From the NCBI RefSeq assembly GCF_019423025.1, contig NZ_JAHZCD010000007.1: a DNA stretch of 64,000 nt. One strand, written 5' to 3'. Shown one piece after another: positions 18,626 through 28,262 of this stretch. The position numbers and the translations under genes were made by a program. The stretch is from Haemophilus sp. (GTDB taxonomy: Bacteria > Pseudomonadota > Gammaproteobacteria > Enterobacterales > Pasteurellaceae). The notes under the pieces are model-generated. The model made no database searches and was not told the origin of the DNA. It was given only the letters and a program-made list of their open reading frames with translations. Numbering within the stretch: the stretch's first letter is position 1; each line of letters begins with the position of its first letter.

Positions 18626-20242
18626 TTAAGCTTTTGGACCCGCTGCAATAAGTGCTTTACCTTCTGCATTAGTCGCATATTTTTCGAAGTTTTTCACGAA
18701 ACGTCCTGCAAGGTCTTTAGCTTTCGCTTCCCATTGTGCTTTATCAGCATAAGTATCACGAGGGTCTAAGATCGCAGGATCTACACCAGGTAATGCTTTT
18801 GGAATCGCTAAGTTAAAGATTGGTAACTCACCCATTTCAGCTTTTTCTATAGAACCATCTAAGATTGCATCGATAATACCACGAGTATCTTTAATTGAGA
18901 TACGTTTACCCGTACCGTTCCAACCAGTATTAACTAAATACGCTTCTGCACCAGCAGCTTGCATACGTTTAACTAATACTTGAGCATATTGTGTTGGGTG
19001 GAGAGTTAAGAACGCCGCACCGAAACATGCTGAGAAGGTTGGAGTTGGCTCAGTAATACCACGCTCTGTACCAGCTAATTTAGCGGTAAAACCAGATAAG
19101 AAGTAGTATTTGGTTTGCTCTGGTGTCAATTTAGACACAGGAGGTAATACACCGAATGCATCCGCAGTTAAGAAAATGACTTTCGTTGCGTGACCAGCAC
19201 GAGATACTGGTTTAACAATATTATCAATGTGATAAATTGGGTAAGACACACGAGTATTTTCTGTTTTAGAACCATCATCGAAATCAACTGAACCATCAGC
19301 ACGAACCACGACGTTTTCTAATAACGCATCGCGACGGATTGCACGATAGATATCTGGCTCATTTTCTTCAGAAAGATGGATAGTTTTCGCGTAGCAACCA
19401 CCTTCGAAGTTGAAGATACCTACATCATCCCAACCGTGCTCATCGTCACCGATTAATTCACGTTTTGGATCGGTGGAAAGGGTGGTTTTACCTGTACCTG
19501 ATAAACCGAAGAAGATTGCTACATCACCGTCTTTACCTACGTTAGCAGAACAGTGCATTGCACCTACACCTTTAAGCGGTAGGAAGTAGTTCATCATTGA
19601 GAACATACCTTTCTTCATTTCGCCGCCGTACCAAGTACCACCGATTAATTGGATACGCTCAGTTAAGTTAAATGCAACGAAGTTTTCAGAGTTCAAATCT
19701 TGTTCTTTCCAGTTCGGGTTGGTGCATTTAGAACCATTCATTACCACGAAATCAGGTTTAAAGGTTTTTAATTGTTCTTCTGTCGGACGAATGAACATAT
19801 TTTTCACAAAGTGTGCTTGCCATGCTACTTCAGTCACAATACGTACTGCGATACGGTCTTGTTCACTTGCGCCACAGAAACCATCAACCACGAATAAACG
19901 TTTACCAGAAAGTTGTTTAGTCACAAGACCTTTCAAGCTTGACCAAGTTTCTTGAGTCATTGGTTTGTTATCGTTTTTCGCCACATCAGAAGTCCACCAC
20001 ACAGTATCTTTTGTGGTATCATCTAAAACGATGTATTTATCTTTCGGCGAACGACCGGTAAAGATCCCTGTATCAACAGCCACCGCTCCAGTTGTGGTAA
20101 GTGTACCTTTTTCAAAGCCTTCTAAGCCAGGTTTGGTTTCTTCTTCAAAAAGTTGTTCATAGCTTGGGTTATAAACCACTTCTTTTACGTCATGAATACC
20201 AATGGCTTCAAGTTCTTTAATTACATTTTTAATGTCAGTCAT
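18626..20242 (-). CDS. pckA: Phosphoenolpyruvate carboxykinase (ATP)
   Basis: 538 aa. Kinase-1a motif [13 protein letters not shown]. Full-length resemblance to enterobacterial PckA. Confidence 0.96.
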   Translation of the reverse strand: MTDIKNVIKELEAIGIHDVKEVVYNPSYEQLFEEETKPGLEGFEKGTLTTTGAVAVDTGIFTGRSPKDKYIVLDDTTKDTVWWTSDVAKNDNKPMTQETWSSLKGLVTKQLSGKRLFVVDGFCGASEQDRIAVRIVTEVAWQAHFVKNMFIRPTEEQLKTFKPDFVVMNGSKCTNPNWKEQDLNSENFVAFNLTERIQLIGGTWYGGEMKKGMFSMMNYFLPLKGVGAMHCSANVGKDGDVAIFFGLSGTGKTTLSTDPKRELIGDDEHGWDDVGIFNFEGGCYAKTIHLSEENEPDIYRAIRRDALLENVVVRADGSVDFDDGSKTENTRVSYPIYHIDNIVKPVSRAGHATKVIFLTADAFGVLPPVSKLTPEQTKYYFLSGFTAKLAGTERGITEPTPTFSACFGAAFLTLHPTQYAQVLVKRMQAAGAEAYLVNTGWNGTGKRISIKDTRGIIDAILDGSIEKAEMGELPIFNLAIPKALPGVDPAILDPRDTYADKAQWEAKAKDLAGRFVKNFEKYATNAEGKALIAAGPKA

Positions 20243-20311
20243 AGTTCACCTCTTGATTAAAGTTTAAAAATTTTTCCTGTGGTTATTGTAGGGGAATTGC
20301 CAGAAAAAAAA

Positions 20312-20327
20312 TGTTAACTAGATCAAA
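20312..20327. promoter_or_regulatory. CRP-like site in the pckA/esterase divergent region
   Basis: tgttaactagatcaaa matches TGTGA-N6-TCACA at 8 of 10 positions. Lies 70 nt upstream of the pckA ATG. Confidence 0.35.
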
Positions 20328-20419
20328 TTTTTGAACATTCATTGAAAATTTCTACCTATTTTTAGGGTGTTTTGGGGAGCCAAGATGAAGTGCGGTTGAT
20401 TTCACCTTTACTTTTACTA

Positions 20420-20438
20420 TATAGTGATAACCATTCTC
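20420..20438 (+). promoter_or_regulatory. Fur box overlapping the -10 of the esterase promoter
   Basis: tatagtgataaccattctc matches the 19-bp Fur consensus at 15 of 19 positions. TATAGT -10 at 20420..20425. TTGATT -35 lies 18 nt upstream. Confidence 0.65.
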
Positions 20439-20457
20439 AAATTAAGACCGGATAACC

Positions 20458-21324
20458 ATGTTCTCATTTCTGCGTTTACCCTTTTTATTTTGTCTGCTGA
20501 TGTTTACACAAAGCACGCAAGCAGAACCTGACTTTAAGATTCCACCTATTCAAGAAAGCATGAAAAAAATGTATCAAATTCAACAAAAAGATTTTACTTT
20601 TGAAGACAAACATTACCGCTTGTTTATTGCGGTACCGCCAAAAACATCGCAAAAACTGACCGCACTTTATACGTTAGATGGCAATGCTCAATTTCCAATG
20701 GCGGTAAATGCGGTTAACCCCAATAAACCGCTCCCTCTTATTGTCAGTATTGGTTATATATCTGATAAAGCTTACGTCATTGAAGAACGCACAAGAGACT
20801 ACACCTTTCCTGCAGAAGGTGCCGAATTCGCCAAAGGAGGAAAAGCGGCCGATTTTTTACGTTTTATTCAACAAGACGTAAAGCCTTATATTGAACAGCA
20901 TTTCGACATCAATAAGGAAAAACAATATTTCTTTGGCCATTCTTTTGGTGGGTTATTTGGATTATATGTACTCTTCCATCAACCAGATTTATTTCAATAT
21001 TACACCTTGGCAAGCCCTTCTCTTTGGTGGGGGAATGGTTCATTTTTACCTCAAACCGAACCTTGGATTCGCCAAAAACCATCACATATCCAGATTACAT
21101 TAGGCTATTATGAAGAGCATCCTGAGCAGGATCCAAATATCACCGAAGAACAATTACAACGTATTAATCAACGGAAACAAATGCGAACAATCAATGCGCA
21201 TCAGTTGGCGGAAATATTGGAAAAACAAGGTAATTCCGTGGAATTTATTTCCATTCCCAATAAAAATCATGGTGGCTCGATTCCGGACGCTATCAAACAT
21301 TGTTTGGAACAAGTTCAACAATAA
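20458..21324 (+). CDS. Secreted IroE-like alpha/beta-hydrolase (putative catecholate-siderophore esterase)
   Basis: Signal peptide. Motifs LDGNAQF, GHSFGGLFGLYV (nucleophile elbow), ASPSLWWG and NHGGS in the same order as Salmonella IroE as I recall it. A Fur box overlaps its -10. Confidence 0.7.
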   Translation: MFSFLRLPFLFCLLMFTQSTQAEPDFKIPPIQESMKKMYQIQQKDFTFEDKHYRLFIAVPPKTSQKLTALYTLDGNAQFPMAVNAVNPNKPLPLIVSIGYISDKAYVIEERTRDYTFPAEGAEFAKGGKAADFLRFIQQDVKPYIEQHFDINKEKQYFFGHSFGGLFGLYVLFHQPDLFQYYTLASPSLWWGNGSFLPQTEPWIRQKPSHIQITLGYYEEHPEQDPNITEEQLQRINQRKQMRTINAHQLAEILEKQGNSVEFISIPNKNHGGSIPDAIKHCLEQVQQ

Positions 21325-21332
21325 AAGGCTAT

Positions 21333-21365
21333 AAAAAATCCCCGTTATACTAAACGGGGGTTTTT
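21333..21365. terminator. Bidirectional terminator between the esterase gene and hslO
   Basis: aaaaaa-t-ccccgtt-atacta-aacgggg-g-ttttt. Confidence 0.8.
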
Positions 21366-21366
21366 C

Positions 21367-22233
21367 TTATTGGGCTTGTTTGAGTTTATCAATCGCTTCT
21401 TTATTGAAGAAGTAATGTGTGCCACAACATTCACACTGCATATCAATACTGCCTTTATGCTCTTCTAAGATTTCATCAATTTCAGCTTCTGGAATCAGTA
21501 ATAATGCAGCGCCTGAACGCTCCGGTGAGCAACCGCAGAAGAAAGAAACAGTTTGCGGTTCAAAAACTTCCACTACTTCTTCATGATATAAACGATAAAG
21601 CAATTCTTCTGCGGGTAATCCAAATAACTCCTCATCTTTTACGGTTGCAGCTAAAGTGGTTAAATGCTCAAAATCCTCTGGCGTACCTTGACCATCCGGC
21701 ATAATCTGTAGCAACATTCCTGCAGCAACTGGTTTGCCGTCATATTCACCTGTACGAATAATAAGTTGGGTTTGTAATTGTTCTGAACGCACAAAATAGT
21801 CTTCTAAACATTCCGTAATGGTTGGTTTATCTAAACCGATAACGCCTTGATAACGCTCACCTTCGTTTGGTGCAATCGTAATTACTAATACGCCTTTGCC
21901 GATCATATCATGTAGACTCATGCCGTCTTGAATATCACCTTGTACACGAGCTAATGCACGAATTTGCTGCTGATCATTGCCATTAACTAAGGCTAATTTT
22001 AATGGACCGTCACCTTGAATTTGAACCGTAATATTACCGTTAAATTTTAATGTTGCAGTCAATAAATTCGTTGCCACCATCATCTCACCTAATAAGTTTT
22101 TTACCGCTTTTGGATAATGATGAGTGTTCAACGTATCGGTAAAAGTTTGGTTTAATCGTACCCATTCACCACGCACGGCACGGTTTTGGAAAAGGTAACG
22201 GTAAAGTTTGTCATTGTCTTGAGTGTAATTCAT
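21367..22233 (-). CDS. hslO: Redox-regulated chaperone Hsp33
   Basis: 288 aa. C-terminal zinc centre CGCS ... CECCG. Confidence 0.93.
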   Translation of the reverse strand: MNYTQDNDKLYRYLFQNRAVRGEWVRLNQTFTDTLNTHHYPKAVKNLLGEMMVATNLLTATLKFNGNITVQIQGDGPLKLALVNGNDQQQIRALARVQGDIQDGMSLHDMIGKGVLVITIAPNEGERYQGVIGLDKPTITECLEDYFVRSEQLQTQLIIRTGEYDGKPVAAGMLLQIMPDGQGTPEDFEHLTTLAATVKDEELFGLPAEELLYRLYHEEVVEVFEPQTVSFFCGCSPERSGAALLLIPEAEIDEILEEHKGSIDMQCECCGTHYFFNKEAIDKLKQAQ

Positions 22234-22370
22234 TATTTGTTCCTATTTATTCTTTGAGTAAAAAGTGCGGTCAATTTTGAGAATAAATTGTAAACGTTCA
22301 AAAAAGATGTTGTTTTGTTACCGCACTTTGTGCCTGTGCAGTATTATGGGGGTGAAAATCAAAATTACAA

Positions 22371-22406
22371 GCCAAAAAGAAAAGCGGATAGCTTTCACTA
22401 TCCGCT
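22371..22406 (-). terminator. Terminator of the porin gene
   Basis: 9-bp stem agcggatag/ctatccgct. T-run on the coding strand (plus-strand aaaaagaaaa). Confidence 0.7.
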
Positions 22407-22432
22407 CGTTTTATAACGATTAAACTGATAAA

Positions 22433-23513
22433 TTACCAGTATGCACGTAAACCGATAACAGTTTTGAAATCACGGCTACGATCTACAGTGCTGTTTTCGT
22501 ATTTAGTACGAGTCGCTTGCCATTCTAAGAATGGTTTCACTTTTAAAGAACCTTGATTATATACGTAGTATTCAGTACCTACCATGAATTGACGAGTTCT
22601 GTCTGTATCACCAAATTGTTTATCTGTTTTATACGCATACATTGCATATACGTTCCAATCTTCGTTTAAACCTTGACGAACAATCGCACGCACTTCATTT
22701 TTAGTACGTTTGTCACCTTGGTTTTTAGTTACTTGACGTTCTAAATCTAAACCATAAGTGGTGTGAACGAAGTTATACGCTAAACCTAATCCATAAGCAT
22801 TGCGGTAGTATGCAGTATTATTCGCATTTTCAGAAATTTCACGAGTAAAACCAGCTGCTACGGTTACATTTTGGATACTATCAATTGCATGATTGAAGAT
22901 AAGACCTGTACCCCAAGCATTTTTACGTTTGTTCGCTAAATCAAGGTTTTTCATGCTACGTTTGCTTGAACCACCGTAGTATGCACCAAATTTAACTTTG
23001 TTATCTCCATAGTTACCGTTGTACACATATTGAGTTACACGACGTGCAGAACCATCTAATAAGCCATCAGATAAGCTATAAGTATTCGCTAAGTCGGTTT
23101 GTTTTACTTCATCAGTGATAGTTACCATGTTACCGTAAGTTAATTCACCGAATTGTTTATGGCCAAAACCGGCATAAAGTTGGTGAGTATAAACATGGTC
23201 AAAATCATGTTGTGAAGGTGCTTCACCACGCATACGCCATTCAGCACGGCCTAAAGCGTAGAAATCGCCACCTAAGCTTTGTTTTAATTTGAAACCAAAA
23301 CGTGAACCGTTGTTATCAACTGCGTGGTTGATGTGTTCTTTAGTTACATCACCATTTACATAGTTAGTTTTGTTAGAGGTGCTTTCCCATTTAACACGTA
23401 AAGAACCGTAAAAATCAACATCAGTACCAGTTTGGTCAATGTGGAAGTTATAAGCTTGTGCAGAACCTGCTGCTAATGCCGCTACAGATAAAGCAAGAAG
23501 TGTTTTTTTTCAT
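22433..23513 (-). pseudogene. OmpP2-like general porin gene, out of frame at an A8 tract immediately after the start codon
   Basis: The frame is open from 23509 to stop 22433 and encodes (KK)TLLALSVAALAAGSAQA/YNFHIDQTG... ...GLRAYW, a signal peptide plus a porin-like barrel. ATG 23513..23511 is +1 relative to this frame because of 8 As at 23503..23510. Seven As would restore MKKTLL. Promoter, SD and terminator are intact. Confidence 0.8.
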
Positions 23514-23566
23514 AACGCTTTCCCTATTATTTAATGAAGTTTATTAAAAAATTGAACTTTTTGCAG

Positions 23567-23593
23567 TTTATACACTACAACCTAAATGGTCAA
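23567..23593 (-). promoter_or_regulatory. Candidate strong promoter of the porin gene
   Basis: On the coding strand: TTGACC (23593..23588), 15-nt spacer, TG-TATAAA (-10 at 23572..23567). AGGGA SD before the ATG. Confidence 0.5.
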
Positions 23594-23678
23594 CCCTAAA
23601 TTTTGCCGACTATCAGAAAATAGGCAATATTTTGACTAAAATCAATCCAGATAAATACATATTCGATTATTTTATCGC

Positions 23679-24632
23679 CTATTTAATTAATAAATTAAGC
23701 GCAGAAAATACTTGTTCTGAGGTAATATTTTCCATTGAATTCGCTGTTAAATAATGCTGATTTTGACCATAACAGCCAATTAAGGTCGGAGCTGTTGCGC
23801 CATAAAGCGTAATATTTGGTTTGTCCAGTGCGGCAGTCAAATGGGCAAGCCCTGTGTCTACCGATACCACGGCTTTCGCATTGGCAATTTGTTCAGCCAA
23901 TTCATGCAATGAAAGCTTAGGCAAAACAACTACATGAGATAAGCCGACAGCCAATCGCTCTGCTCTCGTCTTTTCTTTTTCGTTTCCCCAAGGTAAACGG
24001 ACTTGAACAGAAAGTGCGGTCAGTTTTTCGATTAAATTTTGCCATTCTCGTTCTGGCCAATGCTTCTCATCTCTTGTCGTAGAATGAACAAAGATCACAT
24101 AAGGCTCGATAGAATCTGCAGAAATAAAATGACGAGCAATACCATAATCCCCTTTTTCTTTCGGTAATGGATAAAATAATGCTTGCGCAAAAAGTTGACG
24201 AATACGTTCTACCGCATGTTGTTGATAGGAAATAGCGTATTTTTTATCGTAGAAAAATGAGGCAATCGGCTCACGGATACTTTTGCAATCATAGCCATGT
24301 TTAACGCCATTGGCTAAGCGTGTTGCAAAAAAAGCACTCTTAAAAAGCCCTTGCGCATCAATCACGGCATCATATTGATTGGCTTGCAATAAAGTGCGGT
24401 AAGATTTCCACTCGTTTTTGGTCTGAGCCGAAAAAGGTGATTTTCGCCAACGTCTTAAGGCAATTGGAATGATTTGATTCACGGCAGAATGCCAACGTGG
24501 GATTTCGGCAAAATTCTCTTCCACCACCCAATCAATAGAGAGATTAGGAATAGCACGCTGCGCATCAGTCAATGCCGGCAAAGTATGGATTACATCGCCC
24601 ATAGAAGACGTTTTGATCACGCATACTTTCAT
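23679..24632 (-). CDS. waaC: ADP-heptose:LPS heptosyltransferase I
   Basis: MKVCVIKTSSMGDVIHTLPALTDAQRAIP closely parallels the E. coli RfaC N-terminus. 317 aa. Confidence 0.92.
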   Translation of the reverse strand: MKVCVIKTSSMGDVIHTLPALTDAQRAIPNLSIDWVVEENFAEIPRWHSAVNQIIPIALRRWRKSPFSAQTKNEWKSYRTLLQANQYDAVIDAQGLFKSAFFATRLANGVKHGYDCKSIREPIASFFYDKKYAISYQQHAVERIRQLFAQALFYPLPKEKGDYGIARHFISADSIEPYVIFVHSTTRDEKHWPEREWQNLIEKLTALSVQVRLPWGNEKEKTRAERLAVGLSHVVVLPKLSLHELAEQIANAKAVVSVDTGLAHLTAALDKPNITLYGATAPTLIGCYGQNQHYLTANSMENITSEQVFSALNLLIK

Positions 24633-25534
24633 TTAATTAACCTTCTTCCCCAGTGCATAATACCGAGACCTGATACAGCTAAAATACCACCAATAATTAA
24701 GGATGAATCCACTTGTTCATTCAACCAAACGGCTGAAAATAAAATGCCTAAAATCGGCACAAGTATGATATAAGCTGAGGCATTACCTGCCCCTAAGTAT
24801 TTCACCCCATCAAAATACCATGCATAGGCCAATACTGTTGCTCCAAATGCGAGACCAAGCAAACTGATCCACTCACCTTGAGATAAATTCAGCACCGTAA
24901 GCCAATCGCCTGCACTTTCCACGCATAACGCGCTCATAAATAACAGTAAAAAACCAAAAATGGAAGATAATGTGGTCGCAGTGAGTGAATCAATGCCCGC
25001 CAGTACTTTTCTCGCCAATAAGGTGTAAACAACCCAACAAATTAGCGCCCCAATTAATAATATTTGCCCAAAACCAAAGGAATCCATCATCTGTAAAAAA
25101 TTCCCTTTTGTGAGAGCCAATAGCGATCCACTCATGGCAATAATCATTCCGAGTATTACCCATCGATTCCATTTTTCTTTAAATAAAAAAATTGCCAAAA
25201 GCGTCGTGAAAACTGGATTTGTTGCCACAATAACGGCAGCTTGCCCTGCGGGAAGATATTTCAGTCCCCAGATAAAAAACGTGGAATAGGCAAAAACACC
25301 GAAAAAGGCAGTCACAAACAAACCTATCCATTGGTTTGCTCTTAGTTGTTTCGCATATTTAAAGCGATTTACCGCATATAACCAAATTATGAGCGGAATA
25401 ATCGCAAAGAAAAATCGCAAACTGGAGGCAACAAACGTCGGCATAGCTTGGGCGACCACTCGCCCCCAAGGCCAAGATGCCCCCCATAAAATAGCCATTC
25501 CGATTAATTGTAAGTGTATGCGGAGAGGGTTCAT
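24629..25534 (-). CDS. EamA/DMT-family 10-TM transporter embedded between waaF and waaC
   Basis: 301-aa polytopic protein. ATGA start/stop overlaps at both ends (plus-strand tcat at 25531..25534 and 24629..24632). Confidence 0.8.
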   Translation of the reverse strand: MNPLRIHLQLIGMAILWGASWPWGRVVAQAMPTFVASSLRFFFAIIPLIIWLYAVNRFKYAKQLRANQWIGLFVTAFFGVFAYSTFFIWGLKYLPAGQAAVIVATNPVFTTLLAIFLFKEKWNRWVILGMIIAMSGSLLALTKGNFLQMMDSFGFGQILLIGALICWVVYTLLARKVLAGIDSLTATTLSSIFGFLLLFMSALCVESAGDWLTVLNLSQGEWISLLGLAFGATVLAYAWYFDGVKYLGAGNASAYIILVPILGILFSAVWLNEQVDSSLIIGGILAVSGLGIMHWGRRLIK

Positions 25535-26574
25535 TTTGCTAATAATGCCTCTAATTTTTCTAATGCCATTTCTGGTGTAATATCAATCAAACTTTGATGA
25601 TACCCTTCCGAGCTATCTGTGCTTTTACGCACTTTAATTAAATCGCCTTCAATTAAACGAATAATCACCGCTTTATCAGATAATGGTGGCGTATAAGTTG
25701 GGCTCGTTGGGCCGTAAAGTGCAACCAATGGACGATCTGTCGCAGCGGCAATATGCATTAAGCCGCTGTCATTGCTCACTACTGCTGTGCAGTTAGCAAT
25801 TAAATCTACCGCTTGATTAAGATTCGTTTGCCCTGCTAAATTCAAACAGAATGGTTGTAGTTCTGCTGGCAACGCATTGCGGATTTGCTCTCCTGCTTCC
25901 ACATCTTTTGGTGAACCAAATAATTCTACCGCATAGCCTTTTTCAACTAACATTTCAGCCAATTTAGCATAATGATAATGCGGCCAACGTTTAGCTGGTC
26001 CAAATTCAGCTCCAGGACAGAACCCGATAATCGGACGTTCACCTAAAAGAGCGGTCTGTTTTTCAAAGTTTTTTAAGGTTTCCGCTTGTTGAGTGGGATC
26101 AACGGTTAAATAAGGTTTTAGAACAGGAATATCAGCCGCTTTCGGTACCGCATTTTGCTCAAAGGCCAACGCGACATAACGTTGCACCATCATGGGGTAA
26201 TCACGTTTGTTATTGCGCAAATCGTTAAGCAAGAAATAACGGCTTTCCCCTTTCCAGCCACGACGCATCGCAATTTTTGCAAAGGCGGGAATAAAGGCTG
26301 ACTTCAACGAGTTTGGTAATACGATTGCCATATCATATTGATTGCGTAATGCCTTACCTAAACGATAACGTTCACACAAAGCAAACTTGCCATGCCCAAG
26401 CGGCATTTCAATGGCATGGCGCACTTCTGGCATACGAGCTAAAAGCGGTTTACACCAATTGGGTGCCATCACATCAATTTGGCAATCAGGGTATTGCAGT
26501 TTGAGTTGTTGATACAAACTGTGCGACATCATCATATCGCCGACCCAAGACGGGCCGATAATTAAAATATTCAT
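25531..26574 (-). CDS. waaF: ADP-heptose:LPS heptosyltransferase II
   Basis: MNILIIGPSWVGDMMMSHSLYQQL and GFCPGAEFGPAKRWPHYHYA match E. coli RfaF closely. Confidence 0.93.
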   Translation of the reverse strand: MNILIIGPSWVGDMMMSHSLYQQLKLQYPDCQIDVMAPNWCKPLLARMPEVRHAIEMPLGHGKFALCERYRLGKALRNQYDMAIVLPNSLKSAFIPAFAKIAMRRGWKGESRYFLLNDLRNNKRDYPMMVQRYVALAFEQNAVPKAADIPVLKPYLTVDPTQQAETLKNFEKQTALLGERPIIGFCPGAEFGPAKRWPHYHYAKLAEMLVEKGYAVELFGSPKDVEAGEQIRNALPAELQPFCLNLAGQTNLNQAVDLIANCTAVVSNDSGLMHIAAATDRPLVALYGPTSPTYTPPLSDKAVIIRLIEGDLIKVRKSTDSSEGYHQSLIDITPEMALEKLEALLAK

Positions 26575-26590
26575 GCTTGACCTTATAACA

Positions 26591-26630
26591 AAAGTGCGGC
26601 TAAAAATAAGACTAATTTTAACCGCACTTT
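26591..26630 (-). terminator. USS-pair hairpin between hldD and waaF
   Basis: aaagtgcggc ... accgcacttt (one arm is an imperfect USS) with a long loop. Confidence 0.5.
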
Positions 26631-26672
26631 ATTCATTTTCTAGTATTGAACGACATTATTTGTTCAATAATT

Positions 26673-27596
26673 TTATTTATTTAACCACGCCATATACTCA
26701 GCCACACCTTCCGCTACGGTTTTAAATGGTTTGTCGTAGCCAGTTGCACGAAGTTTCTCAAGGTTAGCTTGTGTATATTCTTGATAGCGAGATTTCAAAT
26801 GCTCTGGGAATGGAATGGTTTCCACTACGCCTTTTCCGTGGAATTTAATCACCGCTTTTGCCACTTCAGCAAAAGACTCAGCATTACCAGTACCACAGTT
26901 GAATATACCCGAAATGCCATTTTGCCAGCACCAAATGTTGACTTGTGCTACATCGCCTACATAAACGAAATCACGACGGAAGTGCTCACTGCCAGAAAAT
27001 AATTTTGGATTTTCGCCTTTCAGGATTTGGTTATTTAAGTGGAATGCCACGCTTGCCATTGAACCTTTGTGACCTTCACGCGGACCATACACGTTGAAAT
27101 AACGGAAACCACATACTGGTGATTGCGCTTCAGGTAAAATTGCACGCACATATTGGTCGAATAAGAATTTAGAATAACCGTACACATTCAGTGGGCCTTC
27201 AAATTCACGCTCTTCACGGAATTCAGTTTTGTCGCCATAAGTCGCCGCACTTGATGCATACAAGAACGGAATTTGACGATCTAAGCAGTAATGCAATAAC
27301 TCTTTTGAATATTCGTAGTTATTATGCATGATGTATTTACCGTCCCATTCAGTGGTCGCCGAGCAAGCCCCTTCATGGAATACCGCATCGATATCGCCTA
27401 AATCATCACCTGCAATAATTGACGCAATGAAGTCCTCTTTATCGCAGTAATCTGCGATATCAAGATCCACTAAGTTAATGAATTTAGTCCCGTCTTTTAA
27501 ATTATCCACCACTAAAATATCTTTGCGTCCCATATCGTTTAATGCTTTAACGATATTACTGCCGATAAAGCCGGCGCCACCTGTTACGATAATCAT
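26673..27596 (-). CDS. hldD: ADP-L-glycero-D-manno-heptose 6-epimerase
   Basis: [19 protein letters not shown] Rossmann start, 307 aa. The track N-terminal extension to 27656 was rejected because it overlaps the upstream gene. Confidence 0.93.
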   Translation of the reverse strand: MIIVTGGAGFIGSNIVKALNDMGRKDILVVDNLKDGTKFINLVDLDIADYCDKEDFIASIIAGDDLGDIDAVFHEGACSATTEWDGKYIMHNNYEYSKELLHYCLDRQIPFLYASSAATYGDKTEFREEREFEGPLNVYGYSKFLFDQYVRAILPEAQSPVCGFRYFNVYGPREGHKGSMASVAFHLNNQILKGENPKLFSGSEHFRRDFVYVGDVAQVNIWCWQNGISGIFNCGTGNAESFAEVAKAVIKFHGKGVVETIPFPEHLKSRYQEYTQANLEKLRATGYDKPFKTVAEGVAEYMAWLNK

Positions 27597-27648
27597 AATT
27601 CTGTCCTCTTTAAAATAAGTCTGTGTATTGTAATAGATTTTGTGCCGC

Positions 27649-28152
27649 TTAGCCAAAAAACTCTGTGAAAAACAACCGCACTTTTAAGCCCCAATAACTC
27701 GTCCAGCCTGTTGTAGCCAAATCCATTTTTCCTTTGTTTAAAATAATAATCGTCGGTGTCACATTCACCTGCCATTGATCCGCAATCTTGCCTTGAGGAT
27801 CATTCACCGTTGTAAACTGATAGTGATGCGTTTGTAAATAATCTTCCACGTCCTTATTTGTTCCTGAACGTAACGCGACAGAGACTACCGGATAGCCTTC
27901 TTCTGAAAGTGAATTAATCGCTGGAGAAGTATAACGACAATAACCGCACCAACTTCCCCAGAAATAAATGATTGTCGGCTTAGCTTGATCTAATTGAGGT
28001 AAAAAGAAGGCGTTTCCCTGCAAATCATAAAGTGCCGTTGCATTAATTTCAGGCGGAATATTAGGTTTACGAATAAAATCGAGAATACTGCTTACGACAA
28101 TCAACGTCAGCAGGACCGAAATCGCATTTTTTAATAATGTTTTAAGTTTCAC
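27649..28152 (-). CDS. Membrane-anchored periplasmic thioredoxin-like protein (TlpA/ResA family)
   Basis: N-terminal TM anchor. Active site WGSWCGYC. Confidence 0.75.
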   Translation of the reverse strand: MKLKTLLKNAISVLLTLIVVSSILDFIRKPNIPPEINATALYDLQGNAFFLPQLDQAKPTIIYFWGSWCGYCRYTSPAINSLSEEGYPVVSVALRSGTNKDVEDYLQTHHYQFTTVNDPQGKIADQWQVNVTPTIIILNKGKMDLATTGWTSYWGLKVRLFFTEFFG

Positions 28153-28224
28153 AATAAAATTTCATGATCTAGGATAAATGGATTGTAATCGATCAGAAAA
28201 GTGCGGTCAAAATTACAGAGATTT

Positions 28225-28240
28225 TGTTATGATAATCACA
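28225..28240. promoter_or_regulatory. CRP-like palindrome between the thioredoxin-like gene and deoC
   Basis: tgttatgataatcaca matches TGTGA-N6-TCACA at 9 of 10 positions. The core atgataatca also resembles a Fur half-box. It is only 22 nt before the deoC ATG, so the target promoter is uncertain. Confidence 0.35.
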
Positions 28241-28262
28241 TCATTTTATAAGGAGAAAAAAT

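Noticed and set aside
20304-20311. A8 tract in the pckA/esterase intergenic region as a phase-variable promoter spacer
   Set aside because: It does not lie between recognisable -35 and -10 elements of either gene. Homopolymers of 7-8 nt are common in this AT-rich intergenic DNA.
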